A DNA stretch of 63,486 nt from Clostridia bacterium. Its GTDB lineage: Bacteria; Bacillota; Clostridia; Oscillospirales; QAKW01. The notes beneath the pieces are model-generated. The model was not told the DNA's origin, ran no database searches, and saw only the letters and a program-made list of their open reading frames with translations. This document shows, one piece after another, positions 26,998 to 36,626 of this stretch (the first letter of the stretch is position 1; every line of letters begins with the position of its first letter). The DNA lies in contig JAFSCX010000006.1 of the NCBI GenBank assembly GCA_017436525.1, positions 1 through 63,486 on the forward strand, written 5' to 3'. The translations under genes were made by a program, and so were the position numbers.

Positions 26998-28482
26998 ATG
27001 AACCATCGGAAATTCATGCAAAATGCCGCCATCCTGACGGGGACCGGCCTTGCCCTGCGGGCGGCAGGGCTGCTGCTGCGGGTGCTTCTGGCCAATGTAT
27101 TGGGAGAGGGCGGCATGGGGCTTTATTCCCTGACTTTTACGGTATATAATCTTTTTATCACCCTTGCCCAATCGGGGATTGGGGTGGCGGTAACCCGCTT
27201 GGTGGCCCAATATCTTGCCCTGAAGGAGCATGATAAAGCGGAAGGGGCGCTTCGGGCCTGCCTGCTTCGCGCAGGTTTATTGGGCTCCTTGGCGGGAGCG
27301 GTTTTATGGATCGGTGCGCCCTTTTTGGCGGGGAGATGGATCGGAGAGCCCTCTTGCACCTTCGCCCTTCGGGTATTGGCTTTTTCTTTGCCTTTTATGG
27401 CGGTGGCAGGCTGCTTCAATGGCTATTTTCTGGGGCGGCGGGAGGTTCGGCCGGGCTGTTTTGCCCAGACGCTGGAGCAGGCGGTTCGCCTTGGGATGGT
27501 GGCCCTTGCGGTGGCGCTTTTTCGCCATCGGCCACGCGCTTTCCTTTTGGGGATGGTGGTCCTTGCCAATACGGTATCGGAAGGGATCTCCTGCCTGTTT
27601 TTAGGGATACAAGCGGGCAAAAAAAGAGAAAAAGGGAATTATAGCCCCATCGAAAAGGGAGCGGTGAGAAGGATCGCCCTGCCGGTAGCGGCCTCTAAAT
27701 ATCTCTCCACCGCCCTTCATTCCACCGAAAATATTTTGATTCCCACCGCCATTGCGCGGCATACGGGGGATTATTCCTTAGGGCTTGCCCAATTTGGTGC
27801 GCTGAAAGGGATGGCGATCCCGCTTCTTTTCTTTCCCGCCTCTTTTTTGAATGCGTTATCCTCCCTGCTGGTGCCGGAGGTAACCGAGACCTACGCCCGC
27901 GCTGATGGGAGAGCCACCGGCCGGATCGTGGGGCGGGCCTTGGAGATCACCACCGCCCTTTCGGTGATGATCGGCGGGGTCTTTTTTCTCTATGGCAAGG
28001 AGCTGGGGCGGCTGCTTTACCATAGCGATACAGTGGGAATGATGCTTCGGGTGCTGGCACCCATTACCCCCTTTATGTATTTGGATACCATTGCCGATGG
28101 GCTTTTGAAAGGGATGGATCAGCAGCGATATGCTCTTCGCAATAATACGGTAGATTCTATTTTGCGGATTCTTCTCACTGCGGCGGCGGTGCCTGCTTTT
28201 GGCATCTATGGATTTTTAGGGGTGATGGTATTCAGCAATATCTTGGTGGCAACTTTGAATATCCGCACCCTTCTGCGGGCTTGCTGCTTGCAGGTGGATT
28301 GGAGGGGCTGGCTGCTGCGCCCCTTGGCGGCGGTGGGGCTTGCTACCGCCTTTTGGAGCATTTTCCCCTTAAAAAGCGGGCTGATGGCCTGCATTTTAGG
28401 GGCAGCGCTATGGTGCGGCTTCTATCTTTTGCTCTATTGGTTGACACTGCCCCAAAAAGAATTTATAATAAAGACAGGGTGA
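26998..28482 (+). CDS. SpoVB/MurJ-like oligosaccharide flippase
   Basis: FMQNAAILT, LGEGGMGLY, FNGYFLG, QTLEQAVR, many TMs; upstream CATAGAAT resembles a sigmaE -10. Confidence 0.82.
   Translation: MNHRKFMQNAAILTGTGLALRAAGLLLRVLLANVLGEGGMGLYSLTFTVYNLFITLAQSGIGVAVTRLVAQYLALKEHDKAEGALRACLLRAGLLGSLAGAVLWIGAPFLAGRWIGEPSCTFALRVLAFSLPFMAVAGCFNGYFLGRREVRPGCFAQTLEQAVRLGMVALAVALFRHRPRAFLLGMVVLANTVSEGISCLFLGIQAGKKREKGNYSPIEKGAVRRIALPVAASKYLSTALHSTENILIPTAIARHTGDYSLGLAQFGALKGMAIPLLFFPASFLNALSSLLVPEVTETYARADGRATGRIVGRALEITTALSVMIGGVFFLYGKELGRLLYHSDTVGMMLRVLAPITPFMYLDTIADGLLKGMDQQRYALRNNTVDSILRILLTAAAVPAFGIYGFLGVMVFSNILVATLNIRTLLRACCLQVDWRGWLLRPLAAVGLATAFWSIFPLKSGLMACILGAALWCGFYLLLYWLTLPQKEFIIKTG
28441..28469 (+). 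promoter_or_regulatory. sigmaA promoter inside the 3' end of the flippase gene, driving the glpP operon
   Basis: Perfect TTGACA-17-TATAAT. Confidence 0.75.
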
Positions 28483-28526
28483 GCAGTTAAACCCGAACCC
28501 TAAAGTAAAAGAAAGGAAGCAGCAGG

Positions 28527-29090
28527 ATGAGAGAGCGATTGTTGGAATATTTTGCCGATGTGCCGATTGTGGCGGCGGCCAAAAGCGAGAAGGAGCTGGA
28601 GCGGTGCTTAGAGAGCGCCTGCCCTGTGGTCTTTATGCTTTTCGGCGATATCTGCAATGTGGCGGAACTGGTCAAAAAGATTAAGGCGGCAGGAAAGATT
28701 GCAGTGGTCCATCTGGATTTGGTAGATGGGCTGGCGCCGAAGGATGTCAGCGTGGATTTCATTGTCTCTCATACCGAGGCGGATGGCATCATCTCCACCA
28801 AAAGCAATCTGATCCGCTATGCCAAGCAAAAGGGGCTTCTGACCATCCAGCGGTATTTTTTGCTGGATTCCAGAGTCTTGGAAAATATTGAAAAGAGCAG
28901 CTCCTCTGCTGATTTTCTGGAGGTATTGCCGGGGGTGATGCCCAAGATCATTCGTCAACTGGCCGCAACAACCGGCAAGCCGATTATAGCAGGGGGCATG
29001 ATTCGGGATAAAGAGGATGTGCTCTCCGCTCTGTCGGCAGGTGCGGTGGCGATTTCTTCTACCAACAATAAAGTCTGGTTTATGGAGTGA
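28527..29090 (+). CDS. GlpP-family glycerol-3-phosphate-responsive antiterminator
   Basis: VHLDLVDGL, ADGIISTK, TIQRYFLLDS, EVLPG, PIIAGGMI, AGAVAISS. Confidence 0.9.
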   Translation: MRERLLEYFADVPIVAAAKSEKELERCLESACPVVFMLFGDICNVAELVKKIKAAGKIAVVHLDLVDGLAPKDVSVDFIVSHTEADGIISTKSNLIRYAKQKGLLTIQRYFLLDSRVLENIEKSSSSADFLEVLPGVMPKIIRQLAATTGKPIIAGGMIRDKEDVLSALSAGAVAISSTNNKVWFME

Positions 29091-29095
29091 AAAAA

Positions 29096-30700
29096 ATGAA
29101 ACTTGAATTTTTAGGCGCTGCCCATGAGGTAACGGGCTCCTGCACCCTTTTGGAAGCGGCAGGAAAAAAGATATTGATTGATTGCGGAATGGAGCAAGGC
29201 GCGGATATCTATGAGAATTGCGCGCTTCCGATTCTGCCCTCCGATGTAGATGCAGTATTGCTGACCCATGCCCATATTGACCATTCAGGTAAGCTGCCTC
29301 TTTTGAGCGCCCAGGGCTTTCGGGGGAACATTTACGCCACAGAAGCAACCGGCCGTCTCTGCTCCATAATGCTGCGGGATTCTGCGCATATTCAAGAGCA
29401 GGAGGCGCTATGGCGCAATAAAAAGGCCCAGCGAAGCGGGGAGGCGGGATATCAGCCGCTGTATACCGTTGAGGATGCTGTGCAGACTATGGAGCTTTTT
29501 GTGCAATGTAAATATCATGAGGTCTATCCTATTGCCGATGGAATCTCTGTTCGTTTTTTGGATGCAGGGCATTTATTGGGCTCTTCCAGCATCGAAATCA
29601 CCGTCAAAGAAGGCGAAAAGCAGGAAATATTGCTGTTTTCGGGAGACCTCGGGAATCGCAATCGTCCGCTGATCCGCGATCCGGAACTGCCGAAGCGGGC
29701 TGATTCGGTCATTATTGAATCGACCTACGGAAATCGGCTCCACGGCCCCCGCAAGGATTACATCGGCCAGCTTGCCGAGATATTGCAGGAAACCTTTGAT
29801 CGGGGCGGAAATGTGGTGATTCCCTCTTTTGCAGTGGGAAGAACGCAGGAATTTCTCTATCTTCTCAGAGAAATTAAGGAAAAGGGGCTTTTGACGGGGC
29901 ACGATGGCTTCCCTGTATTTGTAGACAGCCCCTTGGCGGCGGAAGCGACCAAGATCTATTTCGATGATCTCACCGATTATTATGATGAGGAGATGCTGGC
30001 CCTGCTGCGGCAAGGCATCAATATATTGGAATTTGATGGGCTGGAGATTTCCCAAACGACCGCAGAATCCATGGCAATCAATGAAGACAAGCGCCCGAAG
30101 GTGATTCTTTCTGCCAGCGGCATGTGTGAGGCGGGGAGAATCCGCCATCATTTGAAATACAATCTTTGGCGTGCGGATAGCACCATTTTATTTGTCGGTT
30201 ACCAAGCGGAGGGGACAATGGGCCGCATTTTGCAGGACGGCGCAACGACGGTTCGCTTATTCGGAGAGCCGGTGCAGGTGCGGGCAAGGATTGCCACGAT
30301 GGACGGCATCAGCGGCCATGCGGATCAGAAGATCATGCTGGAATGGCTTGAAAATCTTGAAAAGCCGCCCAAGATGGTCTATGTAAACCATGGGCAGGAT
30401 ACCGTCTGCGATGAATTTGCGGCCGTGATCTCCGCCAAACTTTCCTATCCCGCTTGCGCGCCGTATAACGGCGGAATTTATGATGTGGAAAGCGGGGAGT
30501 GCCTGAGAGAAGGCAATCGGCAGCGCTTGGTGAAGAAATCGCTGGTTAAGACGCGCAGGAGCGCCTCCTACGAGCGGCTTGTGCGGGCAGGCGAGCGGCT
30601 TAATGCGTTGATCGAGGAAAGCAAAGGAATCAGCAATAAAGAATTGGCAAAGCTTGCAGACGGGCTGGAGCGATTGATGGCGGATTGGATGGAGTATTAA
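29096..30700 (+). CDS. Metallo-beta-lactamase/beta-CASP ribonuclease-family protein
   Basis: LGAAHEVTGS, LTHAHIDHSG, AGHLLGS, FSGDLG, ESTYG, PSFAVGRTQE, SGHAD. Confidence 0.9.
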   Translation: MKLEFLGAAHEVTGSCTLLEAAGKKILIDCGMEQGADIYENCALPILPSDVDAVLLTHAHIDHSGKLPLLSAQGFRGNIYATEATGRLCSIMLRDSAHIQEQEALWRNKKAQRSGEAGYQPLYTVEDAVQTMELFVQCKYHEVYPIADGISVRFLDAGHLLGSSSIEITVKEGEKQEILLFSGDLGNRNRPLIRDPELPKRADSVIIESTYGNRLHGPRKDYIGQLAEILQETFDRGGNVVIPSFAVGRTQEFLYLLREIKEKGLLTGHDGFPVFVDSPLAAEATKIYFDDLTDYYDEEMLALLRQGINILEFDGLEISQTTAESMAINEDKRPKVILSASGMCEAGRIRHHLKYNLWRADSTILFVGYQAEGTMGRILQDGATTVRLFGEPVQVRARIATMDGISGHADQKIMLEWLENLEKPPKMVYVNHGQDTVCDEFAAVISAKLSYPACAPYNGGIYDVESGECLREGNRQRLVKKSLVKTRRSASYERLVRAGERLNALIEESKGISNKELAKLADGLERLMADWMEY

Positions 30701-31387
30701 ATGGTAAAAAATATTTTTTTAGATCTGGATGATACGCTCTTTGATTTTCTCGGTGCCGAAAAAGAGGCCCTTAGCCGCACCCTGCGCCATTTCGGGATTA
30801 CGCCCGATGAGCAGGTCCTTGCGCGCTATAGCGCCATCAATGATGCCCAGTGGAAGCTGCTGGAAAAGAAAGAGATCACCCGCGAGCAGGTGAAATGGCG
30901 GCGCTATGCGTTGCTTTTTGAAGAATTCGGAATCGATTGCGATCCCATGAAGGTCAACGATCATTATATGGAAGAGCTATCGAAGGGGCATCTCTTCATC
31001 GACGGTGCTGAGGAGCTCTTGGAGAATCTATATGGAAAATATCGCCTCTATCTCGCCTCCAACGGCACCGGCTGGGTGCAGGAGCGGCGGCTGAAAAGCG
31101 CGGATATCGGCCGCTATTTTGACGGCATCTTTATCTCTCAGCAGATCGGCTTCGATAAGCCCGATCCTCGCTTTTATGAAGGATGTATCCGCCAAATTCC
31201 CGATTATGATCCTGAGGAGACGGTGATGGTAGGGGATAGCCTGACCTCCGATATCAAAGGGGGGCAGGCCATCGGCGTCCGCACCATCTGGTTTAATCCC
31301 AAGGGCAAGGAAAATACTTCGGATATCCGGCCCGATTATTGCTTTTCCCATCTTTCGCAGCTACCTGCTCTTTTGGGGAAATTATAG
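30701..31387 (+). CDS. YjjG-family HAD nucleotidase
   Basis: DLDDTLFDF, ASNG, KPDPRFY, MVGDSLTSDIKG. Confidence 0.88.
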   Translation: MVKNIFLDLDDTLFDFLGAEKEALSRTLRHFGITPDEQVLARYSAINDAQWKLLEKKEITREQVKWRRYALLFEEFGIDCDPMKVNDHYMEELSKGHLFIDGAEELLENLYGKYRLYLASNGTGWVQERRLKSADIGRYFDGIFISQQIGFDKPDPRFYEGCIRQIPDYDPEETVMVGDSLTSDIKGGQAIGVRTIWFNPKGKENTSDIRPDYCFSHLSQLPALLGKL

Positions 31388-31415
31388 AATAAAGCGATCT
31401 GCATCTGCAGATCGC

Positions 31416-31476
31416 TCAGACTGCCAAAAAACCACTGTTCTCACTTACTGAAAACAGTGGTTTTTTGACAGTCTGA
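31416..31476. mobile_element. 61-bp minimal family-A element
   Basis: TCAGACTGCCAAAAAA-CCACTGTT...AACAGTGG-TTTTTTGACAGTCTGA, flanked by hairpins, between convergent genes. Confidence 0.75.
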
Positions 31477-31502
31477 GGGCAGTTTTAATTGCCCTTTTCT
31501 AA

Positions 31503-32075
31503 TTATTCAGGTTTGGTCTCCAGCTTTAAGGGGAAATCACCCAATTTATTTACCTTGAATCCATTCTTTTTATACTCTTCATAATCGAAGGCTTCCAGCT
31601 CATCAATGGCAAGCTTATGGAATTCATAGAAATTATGCCACCATTCGTAGCCGCTTCCCAGCTCGGCGTTGAGATAAGCATCAGCGATATCGCAGCCCAT
31701 CTGAGGAGCCACATAGAAAGCACCCATGGCCAGAACGTTTACACCATTACCGGTAATGGCTCTCAAAGCAGCAGGAACGCTCTCGACAACCCCTGCATGG
31801 ACATGGGGGCATTTGCTTGCGGCGATATGGATTCCCATACCGGTGCCGCAGAAGAGCAGGGCGCGCTCAAATTCGCCTTCGGAGACCATTGCGCCGGCTC
31901 TGAGGCCCACGCGATGGAACATGAGATCGGTATCATCGGGATCGGAATCGACCCGTACCCCCACATCGGTAACTTCCCAGCCCTTCGCCTTTAAGTGGGC
32001 CACAACAGCCTCTTTTAAGGGGAAGCCGGCAAAATCTGCGCCTACTAAGATCTTTTTGTCTTTTACGGTTTTCAT
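31503..32075 (-). CDS. RpiB/LacAB-family sugar isomerase, divergent
   Basis: GADFAGFPLK, FCGTGMG, NVLAMGA. Confidence 0.82.
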   Translation of the reverse strand: MKTVKDKKILVGADFAGFPLKEAVVAHLKAKGWEVTDVGVRVDSDPDDTDLMFHRVGLRAGAMVSEGEFERALLFCGTGMGIHIAASKCPHVHAGVVESVPAALRAITGNGVNVLAMGAFYVAPQMGCDIADAYLNAELGSGYEWWHNFYEFHKLAIDELEAFDYEEYKKNGFKVNKLGDFPLKLETKPE

Positions 32076-34222
32076 TGGTTTTTCTCCTTTATTATAAATT
32101 TATGGGTTCCTTTTGCAAGGGGTTTGCCTTGATAGATGGCGGGGATCCCTTCGCCGATGGTGATGGAAAGGGTAATTTCTCCGCCCTTACGCTCCCAGCG
32201 AAGGGCCACATGATCCAGATGCCCTTCCGCAAAGCTCAGCTCGCGGATAAAGAAGGGATCGATGGTGATCTGCTCAAAGGTATCGGTAAGGCCCAAGATG
32301 GTCTTGATCATCCAGCTCATGAAATCGGAATACATATGATGGTTTTTAGAATGTTTATAATCCCAATATTCATAGAGGGTGGTAGCTCCATCCTGCAGCC
32401 AGCCGATATAGGAGGGCTTGCCTTTGGCGGTAAGAATCCGGTAAGCGCTCTCTTGCATGCCGCAAAGATTCAATGCCCGATAAAGGAAGGGCAGGCCCAC
32501 CATTCCGCAATCGTGATGGTATCCGTTTTCCTCCACCACCTCTGCCAACTGCTCTTTAAGAGGATTCATCTCCTCGTAAAGAGCCAGATCCAGCATCATG
32601 GCCACAGAGGTCTGGCGGTGGATTTTGCAGCGCCCATGCTCATCCAGATATTTGCTCTTAAAGCGCGCAACCAAAAAGGCGAGTTTTTCTTCGGCTTCTT
32701 TGGTCTTATCTCCTGCCAGCTGCAAGGCTTTCAGATAGATGCGCCAGAATTTGATCTGCAACGCTCCGTTGATAAAAGGAGCATTGACCTTGGGGGTGAA
32801 AAGGGCAGCCCAATCATCAAGGCCGTAGCGGATCTCTCCGTCCTCTTCCTTGGAATCCAAAAAGGCAAGATGCCGCTTAAAATAGGGGATGCTTCGGATT
32901 AAGGGCTCTTCTTTGCCGGTGTGAAGCCAAATCCGATAAGGAATTTCATAAAGGATTCCTTCCGAGACGGGGCCGTTGCCCCACTCATAGCCCCAGCCGG
33001 AGGTGGGGACAATGCCGGGCAACATTCCATCTTCCCTCATGGCATCATAAATATCCTGCAGCCATTTTTCCAGCAGCGGAGCGGCATCAAAATCTGCCAG
33101 AAACTGCTCGCAGGAGGATTGCGCATCGTTGCACCAGCCCAGCTTTTCGCGGGTGGGGCAATCGGTAGGCATATAGAAAAGATTGGAATAGGTGGCATTG
33201 ACGCCGCATTGGAAAAGGCGGTTGAGGGAATCTTCCGAGCAATGGAAGGAGGTGCGCTGCTTGATATCCTGATGGACAAAGACAGCCGTTGCCTCGCAGG
33301 GCGCTCTCAAGCCCTCAATTTCCACATAGCGGAAGCCATGATAGGTGAATTTGGGCTGCCAGATGAATTCTTTGCCGCAGCAGATGAATTCATCTTTTTG
33401 GACACGATGCTGCCGAGAGGGGTACATACTATCGAATTCTTTTCTATAGACAAAGACATTCCCCTCTTTATCGCAATTTTCAGTATAGTGGAGAATGATT
33501 TTATCTCCTGCGGGTTGATTGATCTTAATGCGCAAATAACCCGACATATTTTGGCTAAAATCATATGTATAGCGGTACTCTCCTGTTTTTTTGATAGAAA
33601 TTGGCTCAAATTCCTCACATTTACGAATGGGCTGGCAGAGGCAGGGGCGAAGAACGCCTGCAGGGGGCGCCTCATCAAGGATCGCGCTTTGCCAGCTGCT
33701 ATCATCGAAACCGAGATCATTCCAGCCCTCTTGATAAAGGCGGGAATCATAATGCTCGCCCAACCGAAGCTGATTATAGGTAACGGGTGAATTAAGGGAA
33801 TATTTGAATTGAGCATCACTTTCTAAAATGACATCCCCATCCGCCTCTAAGGAGAGGATCAGCTTGGGATTATCCCGCCAAGGGGCAGTATCATAGTCCC
33901 ACGCGCTTTTGATATATTCATTATACCAGCCGTTGCCAAGCTCTGCGGCCAAGATATTCTCCCCCTCTTGAAGAAGAGGAGAGACATCATGGGAGGTATA
34001 CCATATCGTCTTGGTATAATCAGAGACCGGCGCTAAAAAGAGATCTTCTGTTACCTTTTTGCCGTTGATATAAAAATACCCATAGCCTAAAGCCGCCATA
34101 TGCAAGATGGCTTTTTGAGGCTTGCTCTTCAGGGTAAAGGTTCTTCTGAATAAGGGAGAAAGGCCGTTGCGATCCTTTAAGTAGGGGGTATCAGCCTTTA
34201 TATAATGGGCGGATTGAAGCAT
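32072..34222 (-). CDS. GH78-like alpha-L-rhamnosidase (no signal peptide)
   Basis: ELGNGWY, DFSQNMSG, PKFTYHGFRYVE, PTDCPTREKLGW, GATTLYEYW, SKNHHM. Confidence 0.85.
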   Translation of the reverse strand: MLQSAHYIKADTPYLKDRNGLSPLFRRTFTLKSKPQKAILHMAALGYGYFYINGKKVTEDLFLAPVSDYTKTIWYTSHDVSPLLQEGENILAAELGNGWYNEYIKSAWDYDTAPWRDNPKLILSLEADGDVILESDAQFKYSLNSPVTYNQLRLGEHYDSRLYQEGWNDLGFDDSSWQSAILDEAPPAGVLRPCLCQPIRKCEEFEPISIKKTGEYRYTYDFSQNMSGYLRIKINQPAGDKIILHYTENCDKEGNVFVYRKEFDSMYPSRQHRVQKDEFICCGKEFIWQPKFTYHGFRYVEIEGLRAPCEATAVFVHQDIKQRTSFHCSEDSLNRLFQCGVNATYSNLFYMPTDCPTREKLGWCNDAQSSCEQFLADFDAAPLLEKWLQDIYDAMREDGMLPGIVPTSGWGYEWGNGPVSEGILYEIPYRIWLHTGKEEPLIRSIPYFKRHLAFLDSKEEDGEIRYGLDDWAALFTPKVNAPFINGALQIKFWRIYLKALQLAGDKTKEAEEKLAFLVARFKSKYLDEHGRCKIHRQTSVAMMLDLALYEEMNPLKEQLAEVVEENGYHHDCGMVGLPFLYRALNLCGMQESAYRILTAKGKPSYIGWLQDGATTLYEYWDYKHSKNHHMYSDFMSWMIKTILGLTDTFEQITIDPFFIRELSFAEGHLDHVALRWERKGGEITLSITIGEGIPAIYQGKPLAKGTHKFIIKEKNQ

Positions 34223-34391
34223 ACTGCAAACTCCTCTTTAATTTATACTTATAATTATAATCTAAATGAATTATATACGAATTACAATGATGAAATCCGC
34301 TCAACATTTGAGAAAAAACGATAATTTCTTGACTTGTATTTTATTTATGATACACTTTATATATAGTTTGGATTTTTTGGAGGATGGGCCG

Positions 34392-35225
34392 ATGGAGCGG
34401 ATTTTTCCCCCTTCGTTTTCTAATTTGGATTTGCAGATCCATATGGCCTCTTTTATCGGCGGAGACCGCTGGTGGGAGGATGCTTTGGGCAATGATTGGT
34501 GGAGCAGGGATTGGAAGCCGAGCTTTAATGTGCTCTATTTCATTAAAAACGGCGGTTTCTCCTTTACGATTGACGGGCATCAATATCGGGCTCAGGCGGG
34601 CGATATGGTGCTGATTCCCGCCTTTTCTCAATTGCATTTCTCCATGGAGGGGGAAGAGGTGCTGGATAAATATTATCTTCATTTCCGCCTTCTTCTCGGC
34701 AAGGGAATGCTTGCCGATCAATATGATTTTGAGCGAGTGGTTCATCTGGAGCAAAAGGAGCTTGCAGAGGCTATTTTTCAGCGATTGATTGATAGCAAGG
34801 ATCTTTTGGGCTTTTCTGAAAAAGGTGCCCTTTTGGAGCTTCTGGGCCTCTTTTTTGAAAAAAGTGCGCCCACGCCCAAAAATCCCGATGGGCTGGGGAA
34901 GGCCATCGACCATATCCATGGCCATCTCGGCGAGAATCTCTCAATCGGGAAATTGGCCGGCCTTTGCGGCTATAGCAAGGATCATTTTACCCGCAAATTC
35001 AAAGAGGCTTATGGGCGCACGCCCTGCCAATATATCACCGATCTGAAGCTGACCCGTGCCAAAGAGCTGCTGCGCGCAACCGATAAGACGGTTGCGGCTG
35101 TTGCAGAGGAACTTGGCTTTGGGGATGCGGGATATTTTACCAACTTTTTTTGCCAGAAAACGGGGCTTGCCCCCAGCTATTATCGCAAGGAGGAGCGAAA
35201 AAATGAAAATTATGGAAAAAATTAA
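34392..35225 (+). CDS. AraC-family regulator
   Basis: Cupin N-terminus; HFTRKFK..YG..P, AKELL, VAEELGFGDAGYF; start after GGAGG. Confidence 0.9.
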   Translation: MERIFPPSFSNLDLQIHMASFIGGDRWWEDALGNDWWSRDWKPSFNVLYFIKNGGFSFTIDGHQYRAQAGDMVLIPAFSQLHFSMEGEEVLDKYYLHFRLLLGKGMLADQYDFERVVHLEQKELAEAIFQRLIDSKDLLGFSEKGALLELLGLFFEKSAPTPKNPDGLGKAIDHIHGHLGENLSIGKLAGLCGYSKDHFTRKFKEAYGRTPCQYITDLKLTRAKELLRATDKTVAAVAEELGFGDAGYFTNFFCQKTGLAPSYYRKEERKNENYGKN

Positions 35226-35928
35226 GGCGAAGGCCTTGGACAATGCAGGCTGTGAGGGGATCACCTTAGGCTTTATCGGCGATAGTGTAACCCAGGGCTG
35301 TTTTGAAATTTATAATAAAGCCGATGGCAATGTGGAGACCATCTTTGATAAGACCAACGCTTATCATAAGCATCTGGCAGATTTGCTGGCCGTCATTTTC
35401 CCTACTGTCCCCGTAAATATTATCAATGCAGGGATCAGCGGGGTGTGTGCACCCCACGGCCTTGCCAGATTAGAGCGGGATATTATTCGCCATCAGCCGG
35501 ATCTTTGCGTGGTCTGCTTTGGTCTGAACGATTGCAGCAAAGGCATGAGCGGCATCGGGGAATATACCGATGCGCTGGGCAAGATTTTTGATCAGCTGAA
35601 AGAGGCGGGAATTGAGATTATTTTCATGACGCCTAATATGATGTGTACGCAGGTGAGCTGCCATATCAAAGAAGAAAGCCATATTGAGATCGCGAAAGCA
35701 ACGGCGAAAAGGCAAAATGAAGGTGTTTTGGATGCCTATATGGATGCTGCCAAGGCCGTTGCCGGGGAAAAGGGTGTTGCAATCTGCGATTGCTATGCCA
35801 AGTGGAAGCGTCTTTATGAATGCGGCGCTGATATTACCGAGCTGCTTTCCAATAAAATCAACCATCCTACCAGAGAGATGAATAAGCTTTTTGCGGTCTC
35901 CCTTCTGGAAACCATGATGGGAGAATAA
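35203..35928 (+). CDS. SGNH/GDSL hydrolase (probable carbohydrate esterase)
   Basis: GDSVTQG, NAGISG, FGLND, INHP. Confidence 0.85.
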   Translation: MKIMEKIKAKALDNAGCEGITLGFIGDSVTQGCFEIYNKADGNVETIFDKTNAYHKHLADLLAVIFPTVPVNIINAGISGVCAPHGLARLERDIIRHQPDLCVVCFGLNDCSKGMSGIGEYTDALGKIFDQLKEAGIEIIFMTPNMMCTQVSCHIKEESHIEIAKATAKRQNEGVLDAYMDAAKAVAGEKGVAICDCYAKWKRLYECGADITELLSNKINHPTREMNKLFAVSLLETMMGE

Positions 35929-35931
35929 AGA

Positions 35932-36573
35932 ATGCCGACGAAATTGATCATTGTGCGCCATGGCCAGAGCCAGGCCAATGTGGAAAAGATTTATGCCGCT
36001 CATCTGAATACGCCTCTCTCTTCTTTGGGGCGGGAGCAGGCAGCGCGGTTGGGAGAATATCTGAAGGATACGCCCATTGATGCCATCTATTCCAGCGATC
36101 TGCAACGGGCTCACGACACCGCTGCACCTACAGCGAAAAATCACAACCTGCCCATTATCGACAGTAAGGCCCTTCGAGAGATCGACGGCGGAGAATGGGA
36201 GGGCAAGAATTTTGAGGATCTGCTCCGAGAATATCCCGAAGAATACGGCCTATGGCTTTCGGATATCGGCAAAAGCCGCACCGTAGGCGGAGAGAGTGTG
36301 GCGCAAGTTTCGGAGCGGATGATGAGTGAGCTTTCAAGAATCGCCGCCCTTCATCCGGAGCAGACGGTTTTGATCGCCACCCATGCCCTTGCGCTTCGCA
36401 CAGTCTGCACCATCGCTTCGGGGCTGCCGATAGAGCGAATGAAAGAAATTCCCTTTGTAAGCAACGCTTCAATCAGTACCTTCCTTTATGAAGACGGAAA
36501 ACTCAAAGTTCTCACCATGGATGAAACGGCCCATCTGGAGGGCATCGAGAGCAGTTTGCCAAAGAATGTATAG
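35932..36573 (+). CDS. Histidine phosphatase family protein
   Basis: VRHGQS, SSDLQRA, LREIDGGEWEG, GGES, ATH. Confidence 0.88.
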   Translation: MPTKLIIVRHGQSQANVEKIYAAHLNTPLSSLGREQAARLGEYLKDTPIDAIYSSDLQRAHDTAAPTAKNHNLPIIDSKALREIDGGEWEGKNFEDLLREYPEEYGLWLSDIGKSRTVGGESVAQVSERMMSELSRIAALHPEQTVLIATHALALRTVCTIASGLPIERMKEIPFVSNASISTFLYEDGKLKVLTMDETAHLEGIESSLPKNV

Positions 36574-36626
36574 GATACCGTTTATTAAAAAAATGCAGGA
36601 TCACGAAGATCCTGCATTTTTTATCT

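Noticed and set aside
29096-31387. beta-CASP nuclease plus HAD as an anti-phage defence system
   Set aside because: Both resemble widespread housekeeping families, composition matches the host, and there is no defence-island context.
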